Source: a virus (taxonomy: Duplodnaviria > Caudoviricetes). Taken from it: a DNA stretch of 54,922 bases. The stretch covers positions 1-54,922 of IMG/VR virus record IMGVR_UViG_3300028844_003773, one strand, 5' to 3'. Each line of letters begins with the position of its first letter. The stretch's first letter is position 1. The notes under the pieces are model-generated. The model was not told the origin of the DNA. It ran no database searches and saw only the letters and a list, made by a program, of their open reading frames with translations. The translations under genes and the position numbers were made by a program. Shown in pieces: positions 16,764 to 24,806 of the stretch.

Positions 16764-18563
16764 ATGAGTAAATTAAAAGTTACATTTGACAGTGATGTAA
16801 ATGCAAAGGCATTTGCACATAAGTGGAAACTGTCTGCCCCTGAAGGGGATTCACTTGATATAGAGTGGCATTTAGCAGAAGATGCAATTAAAGATCAAAC
16901 ATGTTCACTAGAACAAAAAGATGAAGACGAACATGAATTTATTGTTAAAGGTCAGAAAAACACAATTGAATCATGTGAAGATACAACTGTTGAAGAAGAT
17001 TTAGGCAACGGTTTCTTTAGAGTTAAATCATCTAAAGGTTTAGCATTAGGAGAAGCAGTCGAAGGAATTGATCATTCAGATTCTCCTGTAGAGTTCTTGT
17101 CAACAAGTAGTATATCTGAAATGAATACTACAGATACTGATCTGAATCCTACTGATGCTGAAGGACAATGGCCAAGACTCAGAGTTGCATCAACATATCG
17201 TCCTCTCGTTACTTCATATCAAATGATGGATACAAATTTTGTAAGCAAACCTGAACTTTATATTATGGATACAGGTATTGATTCTACTCATGCTGAATTT
17301 CAAGGCGAAGATTTAGAGATTGACACATTTTGGTGTTTAGACGGTATATGGGAAGATGGAGATCAAAAAGGTCACGGAACTGGTGTAGCATCAATGGCAG
17401 TCGGTACCAACTTAGGTATTTCAGATAACGTAAAACTTAGAATTATCAAAATTGCAGGAAACAAAATAAATGAAGATGGCAATTTGATTGATCCGGGCGT
17501 AAGCAAACAAGCATCTGTTTTAGAATTAGGTAGAGCATTAGATGCATTGGAAGCAGAAGTAGTAGCAAATCCAAATAAAACACGTATCTTAAATGTGTCT
17601 TGGGGTGTTGCTCGTTCAGCATACTTAGATGCTAAATTTGAATCACTAATGTCAGCAGGTGTGACAGTTATTGCGGCAGCCGGTAACAGCGGCATTGATG
17701 TTGAGTTAGTTACCCCAGCAGGTATTAATGGGTGTTTAACAATTGGTGCAACTGATAAGTATGATATTCCTGCAGGTTTTAACAATATTTCACCTAGTGA
17801 CGAAGGTCTTACAACAGGTGCTGGTTTATCATTAGATTTATTTGCTCCGGGTGAGTCAGTAATGATAGCACATACAATAGGCGCTGGTGCACCATATGGT
17901 ATCACATCTGGTACATCACTTTCGGCTCCAATAGTTGCAGGTATTGCAGGTGTAATCGGTTCAATGAATGATGATATGGTTTCAGCACAAGCCATGAAAG
18001 AAATGATTTTAGGAACAGCAACTGAAAACGCATTGTTATTTGAAGATTCAACATTTACAGAAGAACAAAACAAATTAGCACATGTATTTACTGCTGACCC
18101 ATTAGCAACCTATAAAGATGCAGATATGGTATCATATTTAGGTGTTGCAAATGCAAACGATGGTGATGCTATTGTTATTGATTTAAACTCAACATTAGAT
18201 TTATCAAAATGGAAAAAATTATATCCAAATGACGAGTTTACATATTCTATAGAATTCTTAGATGAAAGTATAAAAGCAAAATACAATGAATATATTGATG
18301 TAGACTCTGTTTCTGGTAGTGTTAGAATTGAAACTGCAAAAGGTGTGTTATTGCCCGCTGACACTGCATTAGAAATGGTAGAATTTAAGGCTCTTGCAAC
18401 TTCAGTAAAGGCTAAAGTAGAATCTAATACAATTTTTTACTTTCATTCAAACTCATGGTCAGATCAGTCTGCTTATGATACATTAGAAGCGGACGTTACA
18501 CTAGCATTAACAGATGTTAACAGCATCAGTTTCTTTATTGCTTGGGGCGGATCAATTAAATAA
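16764..18563 (+). CDS. S8 subtilase serine protease with propeptide and C-terminal extension
   Basis: MDTG, GHGT, AAGN and SGTSLSAP catalytic motifs; SD GGAG; no signal peptide. Confidence 0.9.
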   Translation: MSKLKVTFDSDVNAKAFAHKWKLSAPEGDSLDIEWHLAEDAIKDQTCSLEQKDEDEHEFIVKGQKNTIESCEDTTVEEDLGNGFFRVKSSKGLALGEAVEGIDHSDSPVEFLSTSSISEMNTTDTDLNPTDAEGQWPRLRVASTYRPLVTSYQMMDTNFVSKPELYIMDTGIDSTHAEFQGEDLEIDTFWCLDGIWEDGDQKGHGTGVASMAVGTNLGISDNVKLRIIKIAGNKINEDGNLIDPGVSKQASVLELGRALDALEAEVVANPNKTRILNVSWGVARSAYLDAKFESLMSAGVTVIAAAGNSGIDVELVTPAGINGCLTIGATDKYDIPAGFNNISPSDEGLTTGAGLSLDLFAPGESVMIAHTIGAGAPYGITSGTSLSAPIVAGIAGVIGSMNDDMVSAQAMKEMILGTATENALLFEDSTFTEEQNKLAHVFTADPLATYKDADMVSYLGVANANDGDAIVIDLNSTLDLSKWKKLYPNDEFTYSIEFLDESIKAKYNEYIDVDSVSGSVRIETAKGVLLPADTALEMVEFKALATSVKAKVESNTIFYFHSNSWSDQSAYDTLEADVTLALTDVNSISFFIAWGGSIK

Positions 18564-18573
18564 AGGAAATATT

Positions 18574-18774
18574 ATGGATAAAATTAAAGCAATTTTCAGT
18601 TTTGTTAAGGGTTGGATCAGTGCAAGATTAAAAGAAAGAACATCTTGGGACGGAGCCGCTTTAATTACAGCAGGCGTGTGTTTCTTAATGTTTAAAGGTA
18701 TTGCAACACTAGTTGCTTATGCCGCTATCGCATACGGTGCATGGACATTATGGAAAGAAGAATACAAAAGTTAA
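18574..18774 (+). CDS. Small membrane protein, holin-like topology
   Basis: Amphipathic N-terminus, RLKERTSW, two hydrophobic segments, charged tail; SD AAGGA. Confidence 0.55.
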   Translation: MDKIKAIFSFVKGWISARLKERTSWDGAALITAGVCFLMFKGIATLVAYAAIAYGAWTLWKEEYKS

Positions 18775-18941
18775 TTAGTCTATTTGCAATTTGCTTTTTA
18801 GTAAGTTGTACTACTGTTGAAGAAACAGGACCTACAGAGATGACAGGAGAACCTGTTAACATTGTTCTTAAAGGTCAAAAAGAAATGTGTGAACGTGAAC
18901 CTGAATCTATTCTTTGCAAAGAGGAAGAAGTAGATGAGTAA
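18750..18941 (+). CDS. Small lipoprotein resembling the N-terminal part of a BTLCP
   Basis: Signal peptide with lipobox LVSC; GQKEMCEREPESILC. Confidence 0.6.
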   Translation: MERRIQKLISLFAICFLVSCTTVEETGPTEMTGEPVNIVLKGQKEMCEREPESILCKEEEVDE

Positions 18942-19332
18942 GGATATTGCAAAAAAAGTTCATGCATTAGTTGAAAGTAAATTCACATATCTACACGATG
19001 ATAAGCAATATATGCAAGCCGAACACTGGACTAGTCATGCTGATAAAGTATTAGCAGGTGAAGACTTTAGTGACGATTGTGATGGTTTTGCTAACACATG
19101 TGCAGAGTTATTAATTAAAGAAGGCATTGACAAATCAGATGTGTCTGTGATATACTGTGTTACCGAAGAAGGAGAAGATCATTTAGTATGCGGTGTTGCT
19201 GTAGACGGCAAGACTTACATATTAGAAAACAGATATGATAATCCATATGATTGGAAAGACAAACCAAGATATGATTTTAAATATTTTATGAAGTTTGATG
19301 ATCCAGGACAGTGGTTCAAAGTTAATAATTAA
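18934..19332 (+). CDS. Transglutaminase-like cysteine peptidase (BTLCP/C93, LapG-like) catalytic domain
   Basis: D..Y...EHW, DDCDGFA, GEDHLV, YILENR. Confidence 0.8.
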   Translation: MSKDIAKKVHALVESKFTYLHDDKQYMQAEHWTSHADKVLAGEDFSDDCDGFANTCAELLIKEGIDKSDVSVIYCVTEEGEDHLVCGVAVDGKTYILENRYDNPYDWKDKPRYDFKYFMKFDDPGQWFKVNN

Positions 19333-19359
19333 ACAAACCTAAACGTCATAAATATCTTT

Positions 19360-20133
19360 ATGAACGTTACAGAATATAAAGAAGACAAGCCCAATAAGCA
19401 TTGGTCAGACGTGACTCAACCATTGCACATATATAAATATTCTAATATATATGACAAAACTTTTTATAAATTATTAAAAGATACTGTCCAATCTCATTTA
19501 GATAGGCCCAGTAGAGATACATACCTAACCCACAGAACTTCATTTACTCATAATGATAAACGACATCATATTGTATCACATAGACAAAACGCAAGAGAGC
19601 AAGAAGTAATATATGATTTAACTGCTGAAAAAGAATGGTGGAATCAAACATCTGATACATTAATCGATTGGGGCTGGGATAAATTAAAAAATTCAATTCA
19701 TCCTGTATTTTTTCAACATTTGAATAACTTTAAAAACAAAGAACCTATCGATAAAAATTGGGTGCCGCATAGATTACATCTTAATTATTTATCCTATCAA
19801 AGTTATCTTCATGCTCATGTTGACATGGCTGATCAATTTTTTAATACACCTTCATCTAAAACTGCTAGAGCAAGATCACTGACATTTTATCTACATGATC
19901 ATGTAAAAGATTGCGGAGGAGAGTTATATTCATTAAGTGGTTACATCTATGAGCCCAAACAAAATGAGGCACTTTTTATTAATGGAAACTGTGCAATACA
20001 CGGTGTTAATTCTAACATGAGCAAAGATAAAAAACCTCGACTAGCATTTACAGTCAGATGGGCACATAAAGATGATTTATATTTACCTGGATCTCCTGAA
20101 AAATCGATGTGGAGTATAGACTTTCCAGTATGA
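19360..20133 (+). CDS. 2OG-Fe(II) oxygenase
   Basis: HAHVD, LTFYL, GGEL, IHGV, RLAFTVR. Confidence 0.8.
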   Translation: MNVTEYKEDKPNKHWSDVTQPLHIYKYSNIYDKTFYKLLKDTVQSHLDRPSRDTYLTHRTSFTHNDKRHHIVSHRQNAREQEVIYDLTAEKEWWNQTSDTLIDWGWDKLKNSIHPVFFQHLNNFKNKEPIDKNWVPHRLHLNYLSYQSYLHAHVDMADQFFNTPSSKTARARSLTFYLHDHVKDCGGELYSLSGYIYEPKQNEALFINGNCAIHGVNSNMSKDKKPRLAFTVRWAHKDDLYLPGSPEKSMWSIDFPV

Positions 20134-20705
20134 TTACTATTAAAAAAATTACATGGGAACAAACCAAAGACATGTGGAAAATGCATATGCCAAACATGTC
20201 AATAGAACCTACAAGTGCAATGACTTGCCCAAAAAGTTTTGAATATCAACTACAAGATGATGAGTATCACATGGAACAAATTGATACATATGATTTACAA
20301 AATCAACGATTCACTCCTACGTTTTGGGGAGCCTTTGATAACGAAAGACTAGTAGGTGTAAACTCTGGACACATGACTTTATATGAGTTATATCGATCAC
20401 GTGGTTTATATGTTGAAAAAGAATACAGAGGACATGGTATAGGACAAAAGTTATTACTTAAAACTATTTCACAGGGTTATTTTGAAAAAGCAATCGGTGT
20501 TTGGAGTTACCCTAATAGAAAGGCTTGGATGTCATATCATAATGCAGGCTATATATTATCTAGTGAGGAATTTAATTTTGAATGGGTAACAAATGATGAG
20601 GGTCAGATGAATAGTAAAGCAATAAGAGTATTTGATAGACAAAAGGTAAACAAAGTTGTTGCTGGTGTTTTGTCAGAAAGTCTTAATAAGATAGAAACCG
20701 AGTAG
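20130..20705 (+). CDS. GNAT family acetyltransferase
   Basis: RSRGLYVEKEYRGHGIGQKLL, Y..AGY; ATGA-coupled start. Confidence 0.85.
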   Translation: MITIKKITWEQTKDMWKMHMPNMSIEPTSAMTCPKSFEYQLQDDEYHMEQIDTYDLQNQRFTPTFWGAFDNERLVGVNSGHMTLYELYRSRGLYVEKEYRGHGIGQKLLLKTISQGYFEKAIGVWSYPNRKAWMSYHNAGYILSSEEFNFEWVTNDEGQMNSKAIRVFDRQKVNKVVAGVLSESLNKIETE

Positions 20706-20837
20706 ACAAATCGCAACTGATCCTAAAAACAATGATGCAAGGAGGAATGCAAAAGTCAAAATATTTGAAGCAGTCAACTCTATTGGTCCACTCGGTTTAC
20801 CCAAGCCCATAAAGGCTTTAATAGCATTTTTTAACAT
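20673..20837 (-). CDS. Mini membrane protein F (54 aa)
   Basis: MLKNAIKAFMGLGK...TM helix; TAATG-coupled to the upstream ORF. Confidence 0.6.
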   Translation of the reverse strand: MLKNAIKAFMGLGKPSGPIELTASNILTFAFLLASLFLGSVAICLLGFYLIKTF

Positions 20838-21019
20838 TAGAATAAAAAAGAATTTAAGTACATTACTATTCCCATCATACCTAAACACATTATCTGAATA
20901 ACAGCAGGTACCACTACAAATAGTTTCATTACATCAAAGTCTCCTTTCATAAAGAAGTCTTCTTCAAACCAATCTTTCTGTTCTTGTGGTGTTGCGTTTT
21001 TTATCGTGCCGTGTGCCAT
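20837..21019 (-). CDS. Mini membrane protein E (60 aa)
   Basis: C-terminal hydrophobic helix LFVVVPAVIQIMCLGMMGIVMYL. Confidence 0.65.
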   Translation of the reverse strand: MAHGTIKNATPQEQKDWFEEDFFMKGDFDVMKLFVVVPAVIQIMCLGMMGIVMYLNSFLF

Positions 21020-21063
21020 GGTGCTATCCAGTATTTGTAAATGATTGCTTTTAACTTTTTCAT
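21001..21063 (-). CDS. Micro-peptide D (20 aa)
   Basis: MKKLKAIIYKYWIAPWHTAR*; TAATG-coupled. Confidence 0.45.
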   Translation of the reverse strand: MKKLKAIIYKYWIAPWHTAR

Positions 21064-21194
21064 TACATATATGCTAGTTGTGACATACATAAAAACATCG
21101 ATCCCCAAAGCATAGCATAACATAATGCTTCTAACTTTTGATCAACTTTTTTAAAAATGCCTGATTTGTCTATTACTAATCTAATAGTATTCAT
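21063..21194 (-). CDS. Mini membrane protein C (43 aa)
   Basis: MNTIRLVIDK...LCYAMLWGSMFLCMSQLAYM*; SD AGGAG; ATGA overlap. Confidence 0.6.
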   Translation of the reverse strand: MNTIRLVIDKSGIFKKVDQKLEALCYAMLWGSMFLCMSQLAYM

Positions 21195-21325
21195 AATACT
21201 CCTGTATGTCTATAGTGTGAATCTTTAATCTGTCTTAATGCTGAATGTATGCCGGCTCCACTATCCATTATGTGAAGTGACACCATTAACATTGCGTAAA
21301 AACTAAACCTTATTGCGGTTATCAT
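21191..21325 (-). CDS. Mini protein B (44 aa)
   Basis: MITAIRFSFYAMLMVSLHIM...TGVL*; SD AGGA. Confidence 0.55.
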   Translation of the reverse strand: MITAIRFSFYAMLMVSLHIMDSGAGIHSALRQIKDSHYRHTGVL

Positions 21326-21341
21326 AATCTTTCCTGTGTGT

Positions 21342-21446
21342 CTATATAGAAGGACTAACTGCCATAATAGACAAAAGAAAAATTGAAACGAGGGTTACTA
21401 GTTCTAACCGATCTTTAAATTTATAATGTCTATGCATGTGTGTCAT
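21342..21446 (-). CDS. Mini membrane protein A (34 aa)
   Basis: MTHMHRHYKFKDRLELVTLVSIFLLSIMAVSPSI*; AAGGGA upstream, better spaced from the second Met. Confidence 0.55.
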   Translation of the reverse strand: MTHMHRHYKFKDRLELVTLVSIFLLSIMAVSPSI

Positions 21447-21543
21447 TCCCTTTATTCATGTGTCTTATAAAACTTTATAACGTGTGGTTATAAATGTTTC
21501 GACTCTATTTATGCCTGGAATCACAAAAGTATATTTTATCCAC

Positions 21544-21570
21544 AAAAAAAGGCGCCTTTAAAAGACGCCT
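21544..21570 (-). terminator. Intrinsic terminator after porin
   Basis: AGGCGTC-TTTTAAA-GGCGCC-TTTTTTT on the minus strand. Confidence 0.75.
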
Positions 21571-21590
21571 AATATTTAGTTTAGATTAGA

Positions 21591-22268
21591 CTAAAATTCG
21601 TATGTATATCCTACAAAAATATTGTCTTCATCTAAGAATCCTGAGTTGTCATCAGCAGTAAAATCTGACCATCCAACTTGAATTGAGCCATTAAAAAGAT
21701 CAAAAGTCTTTGAAACTCCCCAATGCGTTCCTTCACCTTCTGCATCGCCATATGTCAAGTCTACTACTTTTAATATACCAGTTGAGTATTCAGTATAATC
21801 ACCTGCTTCATCTTGTCCCATATAATGAGATATAGTAAAACCGGCTACAGTAGCAGAAAGTAATATTTCTTCATAGTCATATGAGGTGTCCCCTCTGTAA
21901 TGAAAATCAATATAGGCTACGTTAAAGCCAATATGTTCCCATTGCTTTTGAAAACCAATCACTGTGTCTATTTCATGTGAAGCAGGACCGTCAACATTAG
22001 TAGAATCACTATTGGCGTAGTCTAGTTCAGATGCCCAAACACTTCCGTACAATCCTCCCCACTCAGCATAAACTTCTGCTGATAGTGTGAGTTCTCCTGC
22101 GGTCTGTAGTTGGCCCCTAGAAATATAGTCTGATGATAAGCCAACTGATCCGCTCAATATTGGTGCGGCGCTGACACTTGATGCAATACAAACTAATGAT
22201 AGTGCTATCACTAATTTAATTACATTGTCGAAATGAGCCGATATAAGACTCTTAATGCTTTCTAACAT
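21591..22268 (-). CDS. TorF-family (Gcw_chp) putative outer-membrane porin
   Basis: Signal peptide, SDYISRGQLQT, GLYGSVWAS, EID, and terminal aromatic beta-signal VGYTYEF. Confidence 0.8.
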   Translation of the reverse strand: MLESIKSLISAHFDNVIKLVIALSLVCIASSVSAAPILSGSVGLSSDYISRGQLQTAGELTLSAEVYAEWGGLYGSVWASELDYANSDSTNVDGPASHEIDTVIGFQKQWEHIGFNVAYIDFHYRGDTSYDYEEILLSATVAGFTISHYMGQDEAGDYTEYSTGILKVVDLTYGDAEGEGTHWGVSKTFDLFNGSIQVGWSDFTADDNSGFLDEDNIFVGYTYEF

Positions 22269-22324
22269 ATTCTTTCTCCTTGCATGAATTGCAATTATTA
22301 TTATTTAATAAGGTGGGTTAAATC

Positions 22325-22483
22325 TTATTTGCGTTGTGAATTTTTATATTTTGAAATAGATCCGCCGCCGCCTTTGCCTCCACCGGCTTTACCGCCAGAA
22401 GATTTTTTGTCGTTGCGTTTCTTCATTACAAAGTAAACTACACCTGCTATAATAACTATTGCTAGTATTGTTTGAAAATCCAT
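22325..22483 (-). CDS. Small single-TM protein with Gly/Lys-rich tail
   Basis: MDFQTILAIVIIAGVVYFVMKK...; SD GGAGG. Confidence 0.7.
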   Translation of the reverse strand: MDFQTILAIVIIAGVVYFVMKKRNDKKSSGGKAGGGKGGGGSISKYKNSQRK

Positions 22484-22703
22484 ATTGTTTCCTCCATTAG
22501 ATTTTTTTCTACGAAATAGCATAAATGCAGTTCCGTGTTGTTATTTAGCAACAAATAGAGTGCTTAAATATTTATATATTAACATTTGCCCAAAAAAACC
22601 GTTATTTAACAATAATTAAAGAATACTTCTTTATAAACACCCTAAAATTCACTAAATACTAGTGAGGAAATGCAATAATGCAAATATTTGAGGAGGACTC
22701 AAT

Positions 22704-22925
22704 ATGAATAATGTAATAGCAATAGTCAATGATTTTGTCAAAGGACTAACAAGCATCTTTATGGGCCTAATAGGTCTTGGTGTTTTAGCAGGCATTCTAT
22801 TCGGTGACCTAATGGGTATCGATGTTGTCAGCGGATTACTAAGTTTAGTCAACACTCTAGGTGAATCTGGAATAGTTGGACTACTAGTAGCAATCATACT
22901 AATTCATTTATTTACGAAAGAGTAA
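22704..22925 (+). CDS. Small hydrophobic membrane protein
   Basis: 73 aa with two TM segments; SD GAGGAGG; TAAATA upstream; own terminator. Confidence 0.75.
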   Translation: MNNVIAIVNDFVKGLTSIFMGLIGLGVLAGILFGDLMGIDVVSGLLSLVNTLGESGIVGLLVAIILIHLFTKE

Positions 22926-22937
22926 ATTTAGAATATT

Positions 22938-22963
22938 AAAAAGCAGACTTCGGTCTGCTTTTT
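22938..22963. terminator. Bidirectional intrinsic terminator
   Basis: AAAAAGCAGAC-TTCG-GTCTGCTTTTT. Confidence 0.9.
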
Positions 22964-22968
22964 ATTGG

Positions 22969-23682
22969 CTATTGATCCACGAATGCCTTTTCAATAACGA
23001 ATTGACCAGGTTCTCTATTTGATCCTTCAGTCATGCCTAATGCTTTACACCATTCAACGACATCATAGTTAAATTGTAAATTACCGCATGCCATGACACG
23101 ATCATCTGATTGTATAAATCTTGCATCTATACGTTCATCTCCTGCACCTGTTACGAGTGCTGTGTACTCTAATTTGTTTTTTAATAGTTCATGTAGATCG
23201 GGTTCATCTTCAAATGCAGATAGTAGTTCATACCAATATGCAAGATCGTCTCTGTTTCTTACACTATGAACTAAATGAATTTTATCATAGGCTTCTACTA
23301 AATTAATATCTCTTATAGTTGACATAAAAGGAGCAAGACCTGTTCCTGTTGCTAATAATACTAATCTCTTACCACCTTCAGTAAGAAAAGTGTCACGTAA
23401 TGTTCCAGTACATTTAGGAAGCAACAATACTTCTGCACCTTCTTCTACTTTACTAAGTTGATTAGTTAACGGACCTACATCTTTGATACTTAGAAATTCT
23501 AAGTAATCAGCCCAATCAGGACTAACAATACTGTAAGCACGTAATACATTTTTACCGTCTACTTCTTGTCCTATCATTGCAAACTCACCAGAGTTAAATC
23601 TGAACGACTCACTTCTAGTTGTTCTAAAACTAAATGTGCGATCAGACCAATGATTGACTTGTATTACTTTTTCTTTTAACAT
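22969..23682 (-). CDS. fpr: Ferredoxin-NADP+ reductase
   Basis: HWSDRTFSF, RAYSIVS, GPLT, LATGTGLAPF, MACG, EKAFV. True start is MLKEKV; the ORF-track extension is tRNA sequence. Confidence 0.9.
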   Translation of the reverse strand: MLKEKVIQVNHWSDRTFSFRTTRSESFRFNSGEFAMIGQEVDGKNVLRAYSIVSPDWADYLEFLSIKDVGPLTNQLSKVEEGAEVLLLPKCTGTLRDTFLTEGGKRLVLLATGTGLAPFMSTIRDINLVEAYDKIHLVHSVRNRDDLAYWYELLSAFEDEPDLHELLKNKLEYTALVTGAGDERIDARFIQSDDRVMACGNLQFNYDVVEWCKALGMTEGSNREPGQFVIEKAFVDQ

Positions 23683-23687
23683 GTGAT

Positions 23688-23774
23688 TGGTACCCGAGGC
23701 CGGACTTGAACCGGCATGACCGTAAGGTCGAGGGATTTTAAGTCCCTTGTGTCTACCAATTCCACCACTCGGGC
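23688..23774 (-). tRNA. tRNA-Leu (UAA)
   Basis: Cloverleaf with long variable arm, loop CUUAAAA, CCA. Confidence 0.95.
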
Positions 23775-23790
23775 AAAACTTTTTGAACAC

Positions 23791-23866
23791 TGGTGGAGCC
23801 GGGCGGGGTCGAACCGCCGACCTTCTGGTTGCAAACCAGACGTTCTCCCAACTGAACTACGGCCCC
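23791..23866 (-). tRNA. tRNA-Ala (UGC)
   Basis: Loop UUUGCAA, G3:U70 pair, CCA. Confidence 0.95.
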
Positions 23867-23869
23867 ATT

Positions 23870-24082
23870 TCATTTATTTGGATCTCCCCATGGAGTAGAT
23901 TCTTCGATAGCATCTTGGGCACACTGTATATATTCTCTGTCTTCTTCTGTTAAAACAGACCAAAACTTACTAACATTAAGAGTGTGTTCATAGACTTCTT
24001 CTGCATGATCTAAGTGATAATTGCTCTCCATCCAGGCTTGCAATTGATCCATTCTATCATTAATCTTCTCTTTAAGGTTCAA
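23870..24082 (-). CDS. Hypothetical protein between tRNAs
   Basis: 70 aa, TTG start, SD GAGGG. Confidence 0.65.
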   Translation of the reverse strand: MNLKEKINDRMDQLQAWMESNYHLDHAEEVYEHTLNVSKFWSVLTEEDREYIQCAQDAIEESTPWGDPNK

Positions 24083-24099
24083 ACTTTCCCTCTAAAATA

Positions 24100-24175
24100 T
24101 GGAGCTCCAGGACGGATTCGAACCGCCGACCTACTGATTACAAATCAGTTACTCTACCAACTGAGTTACTGGAGC
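24100..24175 (-). tRNA. tRNA-Thr (UGU)
   Basis: Loop UUUGUAA, GGUUCGAAUCC, CCA. Confidence 0.95.
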
Positions 24176-24198
24176 ATTTGTTCATATATTTAGTAGTC

Positions 24199-24227
24199 AT
24201 TATATCAGCATCATTATTTTTTGTCAA
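24199..24227 (-). promoter_or_regulatory. sigma70 promoter for the tRNA/fpr cluster, with late TAAATA just downstream
   Basis: TTGACA-17 bp-TATAAT. Confidence 0.85.
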
Positions 24228-24254
24228 CGGTTTTTTTACCCATTAAATACTATT

Positions 24255-24806
24255 ATGGACCTATTATCTTTCTCCCATGGTCAAACACAATCTAAACTTT
24301 GGTTGTGTGAAACTATTGAACCGTATATACCAAAAGATGCCGTAGTAGCAGTGCCTGGGTGCTGGTATAATTTATTAGGTTTTATGCTTTTAACTCGTAA
24401 TAAAAACAAGTATCAACACATCTTAGGCATAGATATCGACTCAGAGGCGATTAGAGGCGCTGATATGCTGTGTCAGGGCTTCATGTTAGGCGTTAATTCG
24501 CAAGTCAGAAACACATGTGCAAACGCAGACACCTATAATTTGCAAGGTCATAATGTAGTAATTAACTGTAGTGTAGAGCATATGAAAGATGATTGGTATA
24601 ATAATGTTGACCCAAATGCATTAGTATGTATTCAATCAAGTGACGTTACAGAACACGGAGACCCGTGGCTAATATCGAATCCTTGTCCGTCTATAGAAGT
24701 ATTAAAAGAGAGATTTCAAATGTCAGAACTCCTATACTCAGAAACAAAATATTTCGACTACGGGAGTTCTAGTTATAATAGATTTATGTTAATTGGTAAA
24801 AAATAA
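24255..24806 (+). CDS. Class I SAM-dependent methyltransferase-like protein
   Basis: SKLWL, VPGCWY, IDID, VINCSVEH, RFMLIG. Confidence 0.7.
   Translation: MDLLSFSHGQTQSKLWLCETIEPYIPKDAVVAVPGCWYNLLGFMLLTRNKNKYQHILGIDIDSEAIRGADMLCQGFMLGVNSQVRNTCANADTYNLQGHNVVINCSVEHMKDDWYNNVDPNALVCIQSSDVTEHGDPWLISNPCPSIEVLKERFQMSELLYSETKYFDYGSSSYNRFMLIGKK

Noticed and set aside
17372-18364. Minus-strand ORFs inside the subtilase
   Set aside because: Antisense shadows without independent signals.
23676-23953. ORFs over the tRNA-Leu/Ala genes and the extended fpr N-terminus
   Set aside because: They are translations of tRNA sequence.
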